Source of the DNA: Jatrophihabitans sp.
GTDB taxonomy: Bacteria > Actinomycetota > Actinomycetes > Mycobacteriales > Jatrophihabitantaceae
DNA: 64,000 nt
Strand: one strand, 5' to 3'
Assembly (NCBI RefSeq): GCF_036389035.1
Contig: NZ_DASVQQ010000027.1
Below are positions 52,534-63,098 of this stretch, in pieces; position 1 is the stretch's first letter, and every line of letters begins with the position of its first letter. Under the pieces are notes generated by a model that had not been told where the DNA came from, did no database searches, and saw only the letters and a program-made list of their open reading frames with translations. A program made the translations under genes and the position numbers.

Positions 52534-53391
52534 TCAGATCCCGGCCGCGTGCTGCACGGCGCGCTTGGTGAGCACCGTGACCAGGTGCTCGCGGTAATCG
52601 GCTTTCGCCGACAGGTCACTCGGCGCCGAGGTGCCCTCGGCGGCTGAGCCGCTGGCACTGGCCACCGACTCGGCAGTGGCCGGCGCCCCGGCCAGCGCCC
52701 GTTCGGTGGCCGAGGCGCGCAGTGGGGTGGAACCCATGTTGGTGAGGCCGATCCGGGCCTCGGTGATGACGCCGTCGGAGCGGTGCACCGCCGCGGCGAC
52801 CGCCACGATCGACCACGCCTGGGCGACCCGGTTGATTTTCTCGTAATGGGTCGACCAGCCCTCACCCAGCTTGGGAACCCGGATCGAGGTCAGGATCTCG
52901 CCCGGCTGCATCGCGGTGGTCAGGTAGTCGAGAAAGAAGTCCCGGGCCGCGATCGAGCGCTGGCCGTTCGGGCCGTGCACCCGCAACTCGGCGTCCAGGG
53001 CCAGCGCCACGGCCGGCAGGTCACCGGCCGGGTCGGCGTGCGCGAGGGAGCCGCCGAAGGTGCCGCGATGGCGGACCTGCCGGTCGGCGACCGTCTCGGT
53101 GGCCTGGGCGATCAGCGGCGCGTGCCGCTTGACCAGCTCGTCGCCGACGATGTCGGCGTGGGTGGTCATCGCCCCGATCACGATGCCGTCGCCGTCATCG
53201 CGCACCCCGGTCAACTCGGCGATGCCGCCGAGGTCGACCACCAGCTCCGGATAGGCCAGCCGCAGCCGCAGGATCGGCAGCAACGACTGCCCCCCGGCCA
53301 GGATCTTGGCGTCCTCGCCGGCCGCGGCGTAGACCCGGACCGCCTCCTCGATCGAGGACGGCTTGACGTAGTCGAACGACGCGGGGATCAC
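52534..53391 (-). CDS. Molybdoenzyme FAD-binding medium subunit (CoxM-like)
   Basis: LAGGQSLLP, QVRHRGTFGGSLAHADPAGD; GTGA overlap with the large subunit. Confidence 0.93.
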   Translation of the reverse strand: MIPASFDYVKPSSIEEAVRVYAAAGEDAKILAGGQSLLPILRLRLAYPELVVDLGGIAELTGVRDDGDGIVIGAMTTHADIVGDELVKRHAPLIAQATETVADRQVRHRGTFGGSLAHADPAGDLPAVALALDAELRVHGPNGQRSIAARDFFLDYLTTAMQPGEILTSIRVPKLGEGWSTHYEKINRVAQAWSIVAVAAAVHRSDGVITEARIGLTNMGSTPLRASATERALAGAPATAESVASASGSAAEGTSAPSDLSAKADYREHLVTVLTKRAVQHAAGI

Positions 53392-55888
53392 AGCTGGTCT
53401 CCTTCGGCTGCGGAACCGGCTGTGCCCGAACCGTCGGAAGATGAGGTGCTGGCGCCGCCCCACGAGACGGTGCCGCCGGGGTCGCGGCCGGATTTCTCCG
53501 CACCCTGGTGGATCGCCCGCCAGACCCGCTCGGGCGTGCACGGCATCTGCACGTCGTTGATGCCCCACGGCCGCAGCGCGTCGACGATCGCGTTGACGAC
53601 CGCCGGGGTCGAGGCGATGGTGCCCGCCTCGCCGACGCCCTTGACGCCCAGCGGGTTCGAGGTGGCCCGGCTGACCGTCCGGTCGGTGGTGAAGCTGGGC
53701 AGGTCGGCCGCCGAGGGCACCAGGTAGTCCACGAAGGAGCCGGTGGTCAGGTTTCCCTCGTCGTCATAGACGGCCTCCTCGTAGAGGGCCTGCGCGATGC
53801 CCTGGGCCAGGCCGCCGTGCACCTGGCCGTCCACGATCAGCGGGTTGATCACCTCGCCGATGTCATCGACGCAGGTGTACTTGCGGATGGTGGAGAACCC
53901 GGTCTCGGTGTCGACCTCCACCGCGCACAGGTGGGTGCCGTGCGGGAACGAGAAGTTCTCCGGGTCGAAGGTGGCGTCGGCGTCCAGGCTGGGCTCCATG
54001 CCGTCCGGCAGGTCGTGCGCGGCGAAGGCGGCGAAGGCGATCTCGGCCATGCTCTTGCTGTTGCCGGGGGCGCCGCGCACCGAGAACGTGCCGCCGGCGA
54101 ACTCCAGGTCGTCCTCGCTGGCCTCCAGCATGTGCGCGGCGATCCGGCGGGCCTTGGCGACCACCTTGTCGGCCGCGTTGACCACCGCGATCCCGCCCAC
54201 CGCCAGTGACCGGGACCCGTAGGTGTCCAGGCCCTTGGGCGAGGACTGGGTGTCGCCGTGGATCACCTCGACGTCCTCGAACGGCACCCCGAGCCGGTCG
54301 GCCACGATCTGGCTCCAGGCGGTCTCGTGGCCCTGGCCGTGCGGGCTGACGCCGGTGACCACCTCGACCTTGCCGGTGGCCAGCATCCGGATCGAGGCGT
54401 TCTCCCAGCCGCCGGCGGCGTAGGACAGCGCGCCGAGCACCCGGGACGGGGCCAGCCCGCACATCTCGGTGAAGGTCGAGATGCCCAGCCCCAGCTGCAC
54501 CGGGTCCTTGCGGGTCCGCCGCTCGGCCTGCTCGGCCACCAGCTCGTCCCAGCCGATCAGCTCCAGCGCCCGGTCGGTGGCCGCCTCGTAGTTGCCGCTG
54601 TCATAGGTCAACCCGGCCACCGTGGTGAACGGGAACTCCTCGTGGGAGATCCAGTTCTTGCGCCGAAGCTCCATCCGGTCCATGCCGAGCTCGGTCGCCA
54701 GCTCGTCCATGATCCGTTCGATCGCGAAGGTGGCCTCGGGACGTCCCGCGCCCCGGTAAGCGTCGGTGGGGGTCTTGTTGGTGAACACCCCCTCACACAC
54801 GAACCGGTAGGCGTCGAACTTGTAGATGCTGTTGAACATGAACGCCCCGAGCACCGGGACGCCGGGAGAGACCAGCCGCAGGTAGGCGCCCATGTCGGCG
54901 TAGAGGTGGACGTCCAGGCCGGTCACGGTGCCGTCGCGCCGGGCGGTGATGGTGATGTCCTGGATCTGGTCGCGGCCGTGGTGCCCGCTCATCAGCGACT
55001 CCGAGCGCGACTCGGTGTACTTGGCCGGCTTGCCGAGCTTGCGGGCCACCAGGGCGGTGATCACCTCTTCGGGCGTCACCTGCAACTTGCCGCCGAAGCC
55101 GCCGCCGACGTCGGGGGCGATCACCCGGACCTTGTGCTCGGGCACGTTGAGGGTCAGGGCCAGCATGGTGCGCAGGATGTGCGGCACCTGGGTCGAGGAC
55201 CACATGGTGAAGCCCTCGCCGTTGGGTTGCACCACGGTGGAGCGCGGCTCCATGAATGCCGGGATCAGCCGCTGCTGCAGGAACCGCCGGCTGACGGTCA
55301 CCTCCGCCTGGGCGAGCACGTCATCGATCGGCGCGCCGGTGCCGGCCGTGCCGGAGTCGAAGATCCAGGTGAAGGACCGGTTGGACTCGATGTGGCTGTG
55401 CACCAGGTCCGCGTCCGGCGCCAGCGCCCGCTCCATGTCCAGCACCACCGGCAGTTGCTCGTAGTCGACGTCGATGGCTTCCAGCGCGTCCTGGGCCGAG
55501 GCCTTGTCGCGGGCGACCACCACGGCCACCGCCTCGCCGACGTGGTTGACCTGCTCGACGGCCAGGCTCGGATGCCCCGGGTTCACCATCTCCGGGGTGA
55601 CCGGCCAGGCACACGGGATGCTGCCCTGGATGTCGGCGAAGTCCCGGCCGTTGTAGGCGGCCAGCACGCCCGGCCGGCTGAGCGCCGCCGAGACGTCGAT
55701 CCCGGTGATCCGGGCGTGCGCCATCGGGCTGCGCAGGATCGCCAGGTGCACCATCCCTGGCATGGTCATGTTGTCGGTCCAGGTGGTCCGGCCGGTGATC
55801 AGGTGCGCGTCTTCCTTGCGCTTGCGGGCCTGGCCGATCTCGCCGGACGGCCCGCCGACGGCGACCTCGGGACGGTCTTCGGTGGTGG

Positions 55889-55892
<4 letters not shown>
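53388..55892 (-). CDS. Molybdopterin large subunit, form II CoxL-like (xanthine dehydrogenase family)
   Basis: GGGFGGK, active-site loop AYRGAGR at 54741-54761, [15 protein letters not shown]. Confidence 0.92.
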
Positions 55893-56428
<536 letters not shown>

Positions 56429-56527
56429 GAAACCTCCAACTCGCATCGGATGGCGCTCGGACAATCCCTCAGCTCAGACAATCTCTAAAACCGGAATACC
56501 GCAAGGCTCTACCAGGACGCCCGGCCC

Positions 56528-57658
56528 TCATCGCGCGAGCTCCTTGGCCAGCGCGGCGTGGATCGGCCCGTCGGCGCTGCGCAGCGGCTGGCCCGAGCCG
56601 CCCCAGCGCGCCGCGATGATCTCCGCCGCCACTGAGACGGCGGTCTCCTCGGGGGTCCGGGCGCCGATGTCCAGGCCGATCGGCGCCCGCAGCCGGGCCA
56701 GCTCGGTCTCGGTCAGCCCCAGCTCGCGCAGCCGTTGCAGCCGATCGTCGTTGGTCCGCCGGGAGCCCATCGCGCCGATGTAGGCCAGCGGCATCCGCAG
56801 CGCCAGCTCCAGCAGCGGCACGTCGAACTTCGGGTCGTGGGTGAGCAGGCAGACCACCGTCCGCTCGTCCACCTCGGTCGAGGCCAGGTAGCGGTGCGGC
56901 CATTCCACGATCACCTCGTCGGCGTCGGGAAAGCGCCGCCGGGTGGCGAAGATCGGGCGGGCGTCGCAGACGGTCACCCGGTAGCCGAGGAACGAGCCGA
57001 TCCGGGCCACCGCCGAGGCGAAGTCGATCGCGCCGAAGACGATCATCCGGGGCCGGGGCGCGTACGAGGCGACGAAGACGGCGATGTCGTCCACCCGGCG
57101 CTCGCCGTCGTGGCCGTAGTGCAACACCCCGGTCCGGCCTTGCGCCAGCAGGCCCAGCGCGTCGTCGCGGAGCGCGTCGACCAGCCGTTGCGAGCCGTCG
57201 GTCACCAGGTCGCCCGACACCGCGCCGGGCCGGATCACCAACCGCCGGCCAAGCAGGTCCGCCGACGCCTCGATCACGGTGGCCACCGCCACCGGCCGGC
57301 CGGCCCGGATGTCCTCGGCGACCTCACCGAACTCCGGAAAGCTGGCCGGGCCGACCCGCTCGAGGAAGATGTCGATGATGCCGCCGCAGGTCAGCCCGAC
57401 CGCGAACGCGTCGGAGTCACTGACCCCGTAACGCTGCAGCACCGGCTCGCCGCCGTCGCGGACCTCGGTGGCCAGCTCGTAGACCGCGCCCTCGACGCAG
57501 CCACCGGACACGCTGCCGGCCGCGCTGCCGTCCGGCCCGACCAGCATCGAGGCGCCGGGCTGCCGTGGCGCCGAGCTCCAGGTCGAGACCACGGTGGCCA
57601 GCCCCACCTCGGCCCCCTGCGCCCACCAGTCCTGCAGTTGGTCCAGCACGTCACGCAT
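56528..57658 (-). CDS. XdhC/CoxI molybdenum cofactor chaperone
   Basis: GSVSGGCVEG, GLTCGG, THDPKFD, YIGAMGSRR, PIGLDIGARTPEETAVS. Confidence 0.92.
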   Translation of the reverse strand: MRDVLDQLQDWWAQGAEVGLATVVSTWSSAPRQPGASMLVGPDGSAAGSVSGGCVEGAVYELATEVRDGGEPVLQRYGVSDSDAFAVGLTCGGIIDIFLERVGPASFPEFGEVAEDIRAGRPVAVATVIEASADLLGRRLVIRPGAVSGDLVTDGSQRLVDALRDDALGLLAQGRTGVLHYGHDGERRVDDIAVFVASYAPRPRMIVFGAIDFASAVARIGSFLGYRVTVCDARPIFATRRRFPDADEVIVEWPHRYLASTEVDERTVVCLLTHDPKFDVPLLELALRMPLAYIGAMGSRRTNDDRLQRLRELGLTETELARLRAPIGLDIGARTPEETAVSVAAEIIAARWGGSGQPLRSADGPIHAALAKELAR

Positions 57659-58772
57659 CGGCGATCACCTCGACCAGCTCCTCCAGGGCCGCGAAACTGT
57701 GCCCGGCCACCAGCGCGTCCAGGTGCGGCAGGGCCGCCACCATGCCGCCGGTGACCGGCGCGAAACCATCCTTGCCCTTGTGCGGGTTCACCCACACCAC
57801 CGCGTGGGCCAGCCGGGACAGCCGGGCCAGCTGGTTACCCAGCTCGGCCGGGTCACCGCGCTCCCAGCCGTCCGAGCACAGCACCACCACCGCGCCACGC
57901 GCCACCCCGCGCTGGCCCCAGCGGTCAGAGAACGCCTTCAGCGCCTCACCCAGCCGGGTGCCGCCCCGCCAGTCCGGAACGGCCCGGCCGGCGGCGGCCA
58001 GCGCCCGGTCCGGATCGCGCAGCCGCAGCTCCCGGGTCACCCTGGTCAGCCGGGTGCCGACCGTGAACACCTCGGTGCTCAGCGGCGCGCGCCTGGTGGC
58101 GGCGTGCCCGAAGCGCAGCAGCCAGTCGGCGTAGGGCGACATCGAGCCGCTGACGTCGATCAGCAGCACCAGCCGTCGCGGCTTGAGCCGGCGGCGCTGG
58201 CGGATCAGCTCGGTGGGCTCGCCGCCGTCGCGCAACATCTGGCGCACCGACCGGTCCAGGTCCACCCGGCCCCGGTGGGCCCGGGTGTAGCGCAGCGAGC
58301 GCCGGCCCGAGGCCCGCGGCGCCAGCAACCCGAACAACCGCTGCAGCTGCTGGCGCTCGGTCACGCTGAGCGCCGTGACGTCCTTGTGCCGCAGCACCTC
58401 GTGCCGGCTGGCGTGCACCGCGAAGCCCGGGCTGTCCTCGGCGTCCTGCCGCTCGCCGTCCTGGTCCGGCTCGAAGGGCGCGGGCCGGCGCACCAGCGGC
58501 GGCTCGCTGACGGTCCTGGAACCACGCTGCCGGCGGCCGCCGAAGTACAGCGCGAAGGCGGCGTCGTAACGGTCGAGGTCCTCCGGGTCGGCGCACAGCG
58601 TCACCCGGCCGGCCCAGTACACCTGCGCCGGGTCCAGCACGTCCAGGTGCCCGAGCGCGCTCAGCATGGCCTGCACCCGGTCCGGGCCGGCCGGCACGCC
58701 GGCGTGCCGCAACGTCCGGGCGAAGCCCAGCACCACGTCGGTGAAGTCACGTCGCTGGACAGCTCCGCTCAT
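57651..58772 (-). CDS. CoxE-like VWA domain protein
   Basis: DVSGSMSPY, FTVGTRLTRVT, GGTRLG, SDGWE, WVNP. Confidence 0.9.
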   Translation of the reverse strand: MSGAVQRRDFTDVVLGFARTLRHAGVPAGPDRVQAMLSALGHLDVLDPAQVYWAGRVTLCADPEDLDRYDAAFALYFGGRRQRGSRTVSEPPLVRRPAPFEPDQDGERQDAEDSPGFAVHASRHEVLRHKDVTALSVTERQQLQRLFGLLAPRASGRRSLRYTRAHRGRVDLDRSVRQMLRDGGEPTELIRQRRRLKPRRLVLLIDVSGSMSPYADWLLRFGHAATRRAPLSTEVFTVGTRLTRVTRELRLRDPDRALAAAGRAVPDWRGGTRLGEALKAFSDRWGQRGVARGAVVVLCSDGWERGDPAELGNQLARLSRLAHAVVWVNPHKGKDGFAPVTGGMVAALPHLDALVAGHSFAALEELVEVIADA

Positions 58773-59677
58773 CCGGCCAGCTCTGCCAGCACCGTGTCGC
58801 GGATCCGCACGGCGTCCTCCTGGTACTTCAGCACCGCGCCCAGCGTCGCGGCGGCCCGGTCGGCGTCCAGGGCGTCGGCGCCGAGCAGGTGCAGGGCCTG
58901 CGCCCAGTCGATCGACTCGGCGACGCCGGGCGGCTTGAGCAGGTCGGCCTCGCGCATCCGGCGCACCGCCGCGGCCACCTCGCGGGCCAGCCGCTCGCTC
59001 ACCTCGGGCAGCCGGCGGCGCAGGATCGCCACCTCGCGCTCGTAGGACGGGTGCGCCACCCAGTGGTAGAGGCAGCGCCGCTTCAGCGCGTCGTGCACCT
59101 CGCGGGTCCGGTTCGAGGTGAGCACCACCAGCGGCGGCGTCTCGGCGCGGATGGTGCCCAGCTCGGGGATGGTGACCGCGTTGTCGGCGAGCACCTCGAG
59201 CAGGAACGCCTCGAACTCGTCGTCGGCCCGGTCGATCTCGTCGATCAGCAGCACCGACGGGTGGTGCTCCAACGCCCGCAGGATCGGCCGGGCGATCAGG
59301 AACCGCCGGTCATAGAGCGAGCGCTCCAGCTCCTCGGCGTCGCGGTAGCCCCCCGCGCCGGCGGCCAGCCCGCCGGCGCTCTCGGCCGCCCGCAGGTGCA
59401 GCACCTGCCGGGGAAAGTCCCAGTCATAGAGGGCCTGCGAGGCGTCGATGCCCTCGTAGCATTGCAACCGGACCAGCTCGGCCCCGGTCACCTCGGCAAG
59501 CGCGTGCGCCAGGCTGGTCTTGCCGACGCCGGCGTCGCCTTCCAGGAACAGCGGCCGGTGCATCCGCAGCGCCAGGAACGCCGCGGTGCTGAGCCCCTCG
59601 TCAGGCAGGTAGCCCACCCGCTCGAGGGCGTCGCCCAGGCCGTCCGGGTCGAGGGTCTGCAGGTCCACGGGCGCCAT
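58769..59677 (-). CDS. CoxD-like MoxR AAA+ ATPase
   Basis: EGDAGVGKT, LQCYEGID, IDEIDRADDEFEAFLLE, HDALKRRC. Confidence 0.92.
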   Translation of the reverse strand: MAPVDLQTLDPDGLGDALERVGYLPDEGLSTAAFLALRMHRPLFLEGDAGVGKTSLAHALAEVTGAELVRLQCYEGIDASQALYDWDFPRQVLHLRAAESAGGLAAGAGGYRDAEELERSLYDRRFLIARPILRALEHHPSVLLIDEIDRADDEFEAFLLEVLADNAVTIPELGTIRAETPPLVVLTSNRTREVHDALKRRCLYHWVAHPSYEREVAILRRRLPEVSERLAREVAAAVRRMREADLLKPPGVAESIDWAQALHLLGADALDADRAAATLGAVLKYQEDAVRIRDTVLAELAG

Positions 59678-59710
59678 CGACCCAGCATGGCCTCTTACCG
59701 CCGGACGCGC

Positions 59711-59802
59711 CACGTCGCCCCCCGGCCCCTGCCACGTCGCCTGCAACGTCGCCCCCGGCCCCCTGCCACGTCGCCTGCAACGTCGCCCCCGGCGCCTGCC
59801 AC
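59711..59802. repeat. 33/34-bp tandem repeat with five ACGTCGCC cores in the coxD-plsC divergent region
   Basis: CCCGGCCCC(C)TGCCACGTCGCCTGCAACGTCGCC at 59721 and 59754, with flanking partial copies. Confidence 0.85.
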
Positions 59803-59823
59803 CGGGCCGCTACGGTATGGCAG

Positions 59824-60588
59824 ATGGAGCCGGTGTACTCATCAGTCATCGCATTCGCCCGGGGCGTGTTCGCCCTGCAGGGGTTGCGCTTCACCATCAA
59901 CGGCGTCGAGAACGTGCCATCCGCCGGCGGCGCCGTGATGGCCATCAACCACACCGGCTACATGGACTTCACCTACGCCGGCCTGGCCGGCCTGCAAGCG
60001 GGCCGGCTGATCCGGTTCATGGCCAAGGAGCAGGTGTTCCGGCATCCGGTCAGCGGGCCGCTGATGCGCGGCATGCACCACATCCCGGTCGATCGCGACG
60101 CCGGCGCCGCCTCCTACCGGGCCGCCGTGCAGGCGCTGAAGGCTGGCGAGATCGTCGGGGTCTTTCCGGAGGCGACGATCTCGCGGTCCTTCGAGCTGAA
60201 GGAGTTCAAGACCGGGGCGGTCCGGATGGCGGCCGCCGCCGGCGTCCCGCTGCTGCCGATGGTCATCTGGGGCTCGCAGCGGGTCTGGACCAAGGACCAT
60301 CCCAAGCGGCTCGGCCGCACCCGGACCCCGATCATCGTCAGCATCGGCGCCGCGATCCCGGTCAACCGCAAGGACGCCCCGGAGGTGGCGCTGCACGCGT
60401 TGCGCAAGGCGATGACCGAGTTGCTGCACGCGGCCCAGGACGCCTACCCGCCGCTGACCGGTGCTGAGCTGAAGTTCCTGCCGGCCCGGCTCGGCGGCGC
60501 CGCGCCGACCCCGGAACAGGCCCAGCGGCTCGATGAGGTCGAGTCCGCCGCCCGGGCCGCCAAGCGAGCCGGACCGGCCCCGGACTAG
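59824..60588 (+). CDS. 1-acyl-sn-glycerol-3-phosphate acyltransferase family
   Basis: NHTGYMD (NHX4D), FMAKE, FPEATIS. Confidence 0.9.
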   Translation: MEPVYSSVIAFARGVFALQGLRFTINGVENVPSAGGAVMAINHTGYMDFTYAGLAGLQAGRLIRFMAKEQVFRHPVSGPLMRGMHHIPVDRDAGAASYRAAVQALKAGEIVGVFPEATISRSFELKEFKTGAVRMAAAAGVPLLPMVIWGSQRVWTKDHPKRLGRTRTPIIVSIGAAIPVNRKDAPEVALHALRKAMTELLHAAQDAYPPLTGAELKFLPARLGGAAPTPEQAQRLDEVESAARAAKRAGPAPD

Positions 60589-60659
60589 CGCCTGCCGCTG
60601 GCGAATGCGCAGTCATCAGTAAGGCGTGCCACGGCGCCCGCCCCTTAAACTGGCCGGAA

Positions 60660-62378
60660 ATGACCAGTCAGCAAGACCTCGAACGGGTCCTCTCGCGCGA
60701 GCCTTCCCCGGTCGTGGTCGGCCGACCACAGCCCTGGACGGCTCCTCGACGCCTGGTGCCGCCCGGCCTGGTGTTGCGGGTGCTGACGGTGCTGGGGCTG
60801 GTGCTGACCCCGATCGCGGCCGGCCTGACGGCGGTCTCCTGGGCGCCGCCGGCCCAGGTGCGCGACATCGGCCTGGACGGGCTGAGCGCCCAGGTGGACG
60901 TGGGGATCGGCAGCAACACCATCGCGATCGACTCCGGGCTGCTCGGCGGCCTGCGCCGGCCAGGTCCGGTGGTGCTGGGCAAGCACGTGGGCATGACCGT
61001 CCGGCCCAGCAACCTGAACCTGTCGCTGTTCGGCCCTACCGGCGCGCTGGACCGCTCCACGATCGACGTGGCCGGCCACCTGTTCGCCGACGAGCAGGCC
61101 CGCCGCGATGAGCTCAACGAGGTCACCGCCGCTGTGCTGCGCCACTACGGCGCCATCGGCTTCGGCACGGCCTACCTGGTGGCGATGCTGGAGATCCTCG
61201 GCTACGCCTACCTCAAGCACCGCCGGCGGATGGTGGCCCGGCTCGCTCCGCAGCAGCGGGCAGCGGTGCTCGCCGACCGCCGGCCGGAGCGGACGGTGGC
61301 CCGGCCGGTGGCCGTCGTGGCGATGCTGGCCGTGCTGATCCCGGCCGGCTACCTCTGCTCCCCGCTGTCGGACCGCCACCAGCCGATCAGCCCGGACAGC
61401 CAGCTCCAGGACACCTTCCTGTCCGGCTGGCAGATCACCGGCCCGTTCAAGTACCTGATCACCCAGGCCGCCACCACCGTCGACTCGCTGAGCAAGACCG
61501 AGCAGGCCTTCTACGACCGGGTGTCGGCCAACCGGGACATCGCCTTCGAGGCCCGTTTCGGCATACCCACGCTGCCCAGGGACCCGAACCTGATCCGGAT
61601 CGCGGTGCTCGATGACCTGCAGGGCACCAGCGGGATGGCCCGGGTGGTCGGTGAGAGCGCCCAGCACATCTCGGCCGACGCCATCCTGAACCTGGGTGAC
61701 CTGACCGCGACCGGAACGGCCCAGGAGGCCTACCTGTCCTACCTCAAGAGCTACACCGTGGACGTGCTGGCCCGCTACGCCGGCGACATCCCGGTGTACA
61801 CCTCGCTGGGCAGGCATGACACCCCGGCGGTGAAGGCCTACGCCAAGAAGGTGAAATTCTCCGTCGCCGACGGCACCGCGCAGAAGATCGCGGGTGCTGA
61901 GTTCCTCGGCGCGAACAGCCCCTACGTCTCCCATTTCGGCTCGGCGGCCGAGCTGATCGACCCGGCGATCACGACGGAGACGGTGGCCGCCGGGCTGCGC
62001 CGGATCGCCTGCGCCGACCCGCCGCTGGCGGTCTACGCCCACGACAAGGAGCTGCTGGACGAGGTGACCGACAGCGGCTGCGTCCCGATCGTGATCGGCG
62101 GCCACGACTACACCGGCAGGCCGAGCGCCGACGTGAGCACCCCGAACGGCGTGGTGCGCCGGATCATCCTGGGCAGCACCGGCGGCCACGGCGCCGGCGA
62201 CGGCTTCGGCGGCCTGTCCACCCCCCGCAACAACGCCCCGTTCGTGCTGCTCACCATCGACCGCACCTCCGGGGCGGTCACCGCCGACACTGTGACCGTG
62301 CATCCCGACGCCTCGGTCATCATGACGACCAGCAACCTGGCGCCGCTGAGCGTCGAGCAGCTGGCCCTGCTGGATTGA
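60660..62378 (+). CDS. Membrane-anchored calcineurin-like metallophosphoesterase domain protein (degenerate)
   Basis: Three TM segments, then DDLQG, NLGDLT, GRHD, AHD, GGHD. Confidence 0.7.
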   Translation: MTSQQDLERVLSREPSPVVVGRPQPWTAPRRLVPPGLVLRVLTVLGLVLTPIAAGLTAVSWAPPAQVRDIGLDGLSAQVDVGIGSNTIAIDSGLLGGLRRPGPVVLGKHVGMTVRPSNLNLSLFGPTGALDRSTIDVAGHLFADEQARRDELNEVTAAVLRHYGAIGFGTAYLVAMLEILGYAYLKHRRRMVARLAPQQRAAVLADRRPERTVARPVAVVAMLAVLIPAGYLCSPLSDRHQPISPDSQLQDTFLSGWQITGPFKYLITQAATTVDSLSKTEQAFYDRVSANRDIAFEARFGIPTLPRDPNLIRIAVLDDLQGTSGMARVVGESAQHISADAILNLGDLTATGTAQEAYLSYLKSYTVDVLARYAGDIPVYTSLGRHDTPAVKAYAKKVKFSVADGTAQKIAGAEFLGANSPYVSHFGSAAELIDPAITTETVAAGLRRIACADPPLAVYAHDKELLDEVTDSGCVPIVIGGHDYTGRPSADVSTPNGVVRRIILGSTGGHGAGDGFGGLSTPRNNAPFVLLTIDRTSGAVTADTVTVHPDASVIMTTSNLAPLSVEQLALLD

Positions 62379-62478
62379 TCATCACCGCCGGGCATGACCG
62401 GCCAGGGTGGATAAGGGACACTGGTGCGGACGGCAGGCGGAAAGTCAACAGCCGGGGAATCCACAGGAGGGAAAAAGC

Positions 62479-62952
62479 ATGACGGCAGGACGGACAAGCC
62501 CACCGACGCCGGCCGGCCCGCCGACCACCCGGTTGCGCAACACCCGCCAGGCCGAGGCGGTCGAGTCGATCATGCGCGAGGCCGATGGTTTCCGGACGGC
62601 GCAGGACCTGTTCGCCGAGCTGCGCCGGCGCGGTGACCGGATCGGCCTGACGACGGTGTACCGGCACCTCAGCACGCTGGCCGAGCAGGGCAGCGCCGAC
62701 GTCGTGCACACCGCCGACGGCGAGTCCCAGTACCGGCTGTGCGGGGTGCCGGCCGGGGCCGGCGAGCCGGCCGAGGATCACCACCATCACCTGGTCTGCC
62801 GGCAGTGCGGTCGCAGCGTCGAGGTCAGCGGGCCCGAGGTGGAGGCGTGGGCCGAACGGGTGGCAGCCGCCGCCGGTTACACCGAGGTCAGCCACACCCT
62901 CGAGGTGTTCGGGCTGTGCCCGCAGCACTCCAATGATGCAGTCCAAAGCTGA
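62479..62952 (+). CDS. Fur-family regulator, Zur-like
   Basis: FRTAQDL, IGLTTVYRHL, HHHHLVCRQCGRSVEV, EVEAWAERVA, HTLEVFGLC; AGGAGG RBS. Confidence 0.88.
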   Translation: MTAGRTSPPTPAGPPTTRLRNTRQAEAVESIMREADGFRTAQDLFAELRRRGDRIGLTTVYRHLSTLAEQGSADVVHTADGESQYRLCGVPAGAGEPAEDHHHHLVCRQCGRSVEVSGPEVEAWAERVAAAAGYTEVSHTLEVFGLCPQHSNDAVQS

Positions 62953-63036
62953 GCTTGCAGGGTAGACGACAAGCAATGCGGGAAGCTGTCTTCTGACATG
63001 CTGATCGGGCCGCCAGGGGCCCGTCCTAGGGCTAAG

Positions 63037-63076
63037 CTTGTAAAGCTTGCAGCGCTTGCGTTACTTGCATTGCTTG
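63037..63076. promoter_or_regulatory. Five CTTG direct repeats at exact 9-bp period (candidate operator)
   Basis: CTTG at 63037, 63046, 63055, 63064 and 63073, ending 22 nt before GTG 63099. Confidence 0.6.
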
Positions 63077-63098
63077 CTGACGCTGTACCGTTGCTGCT

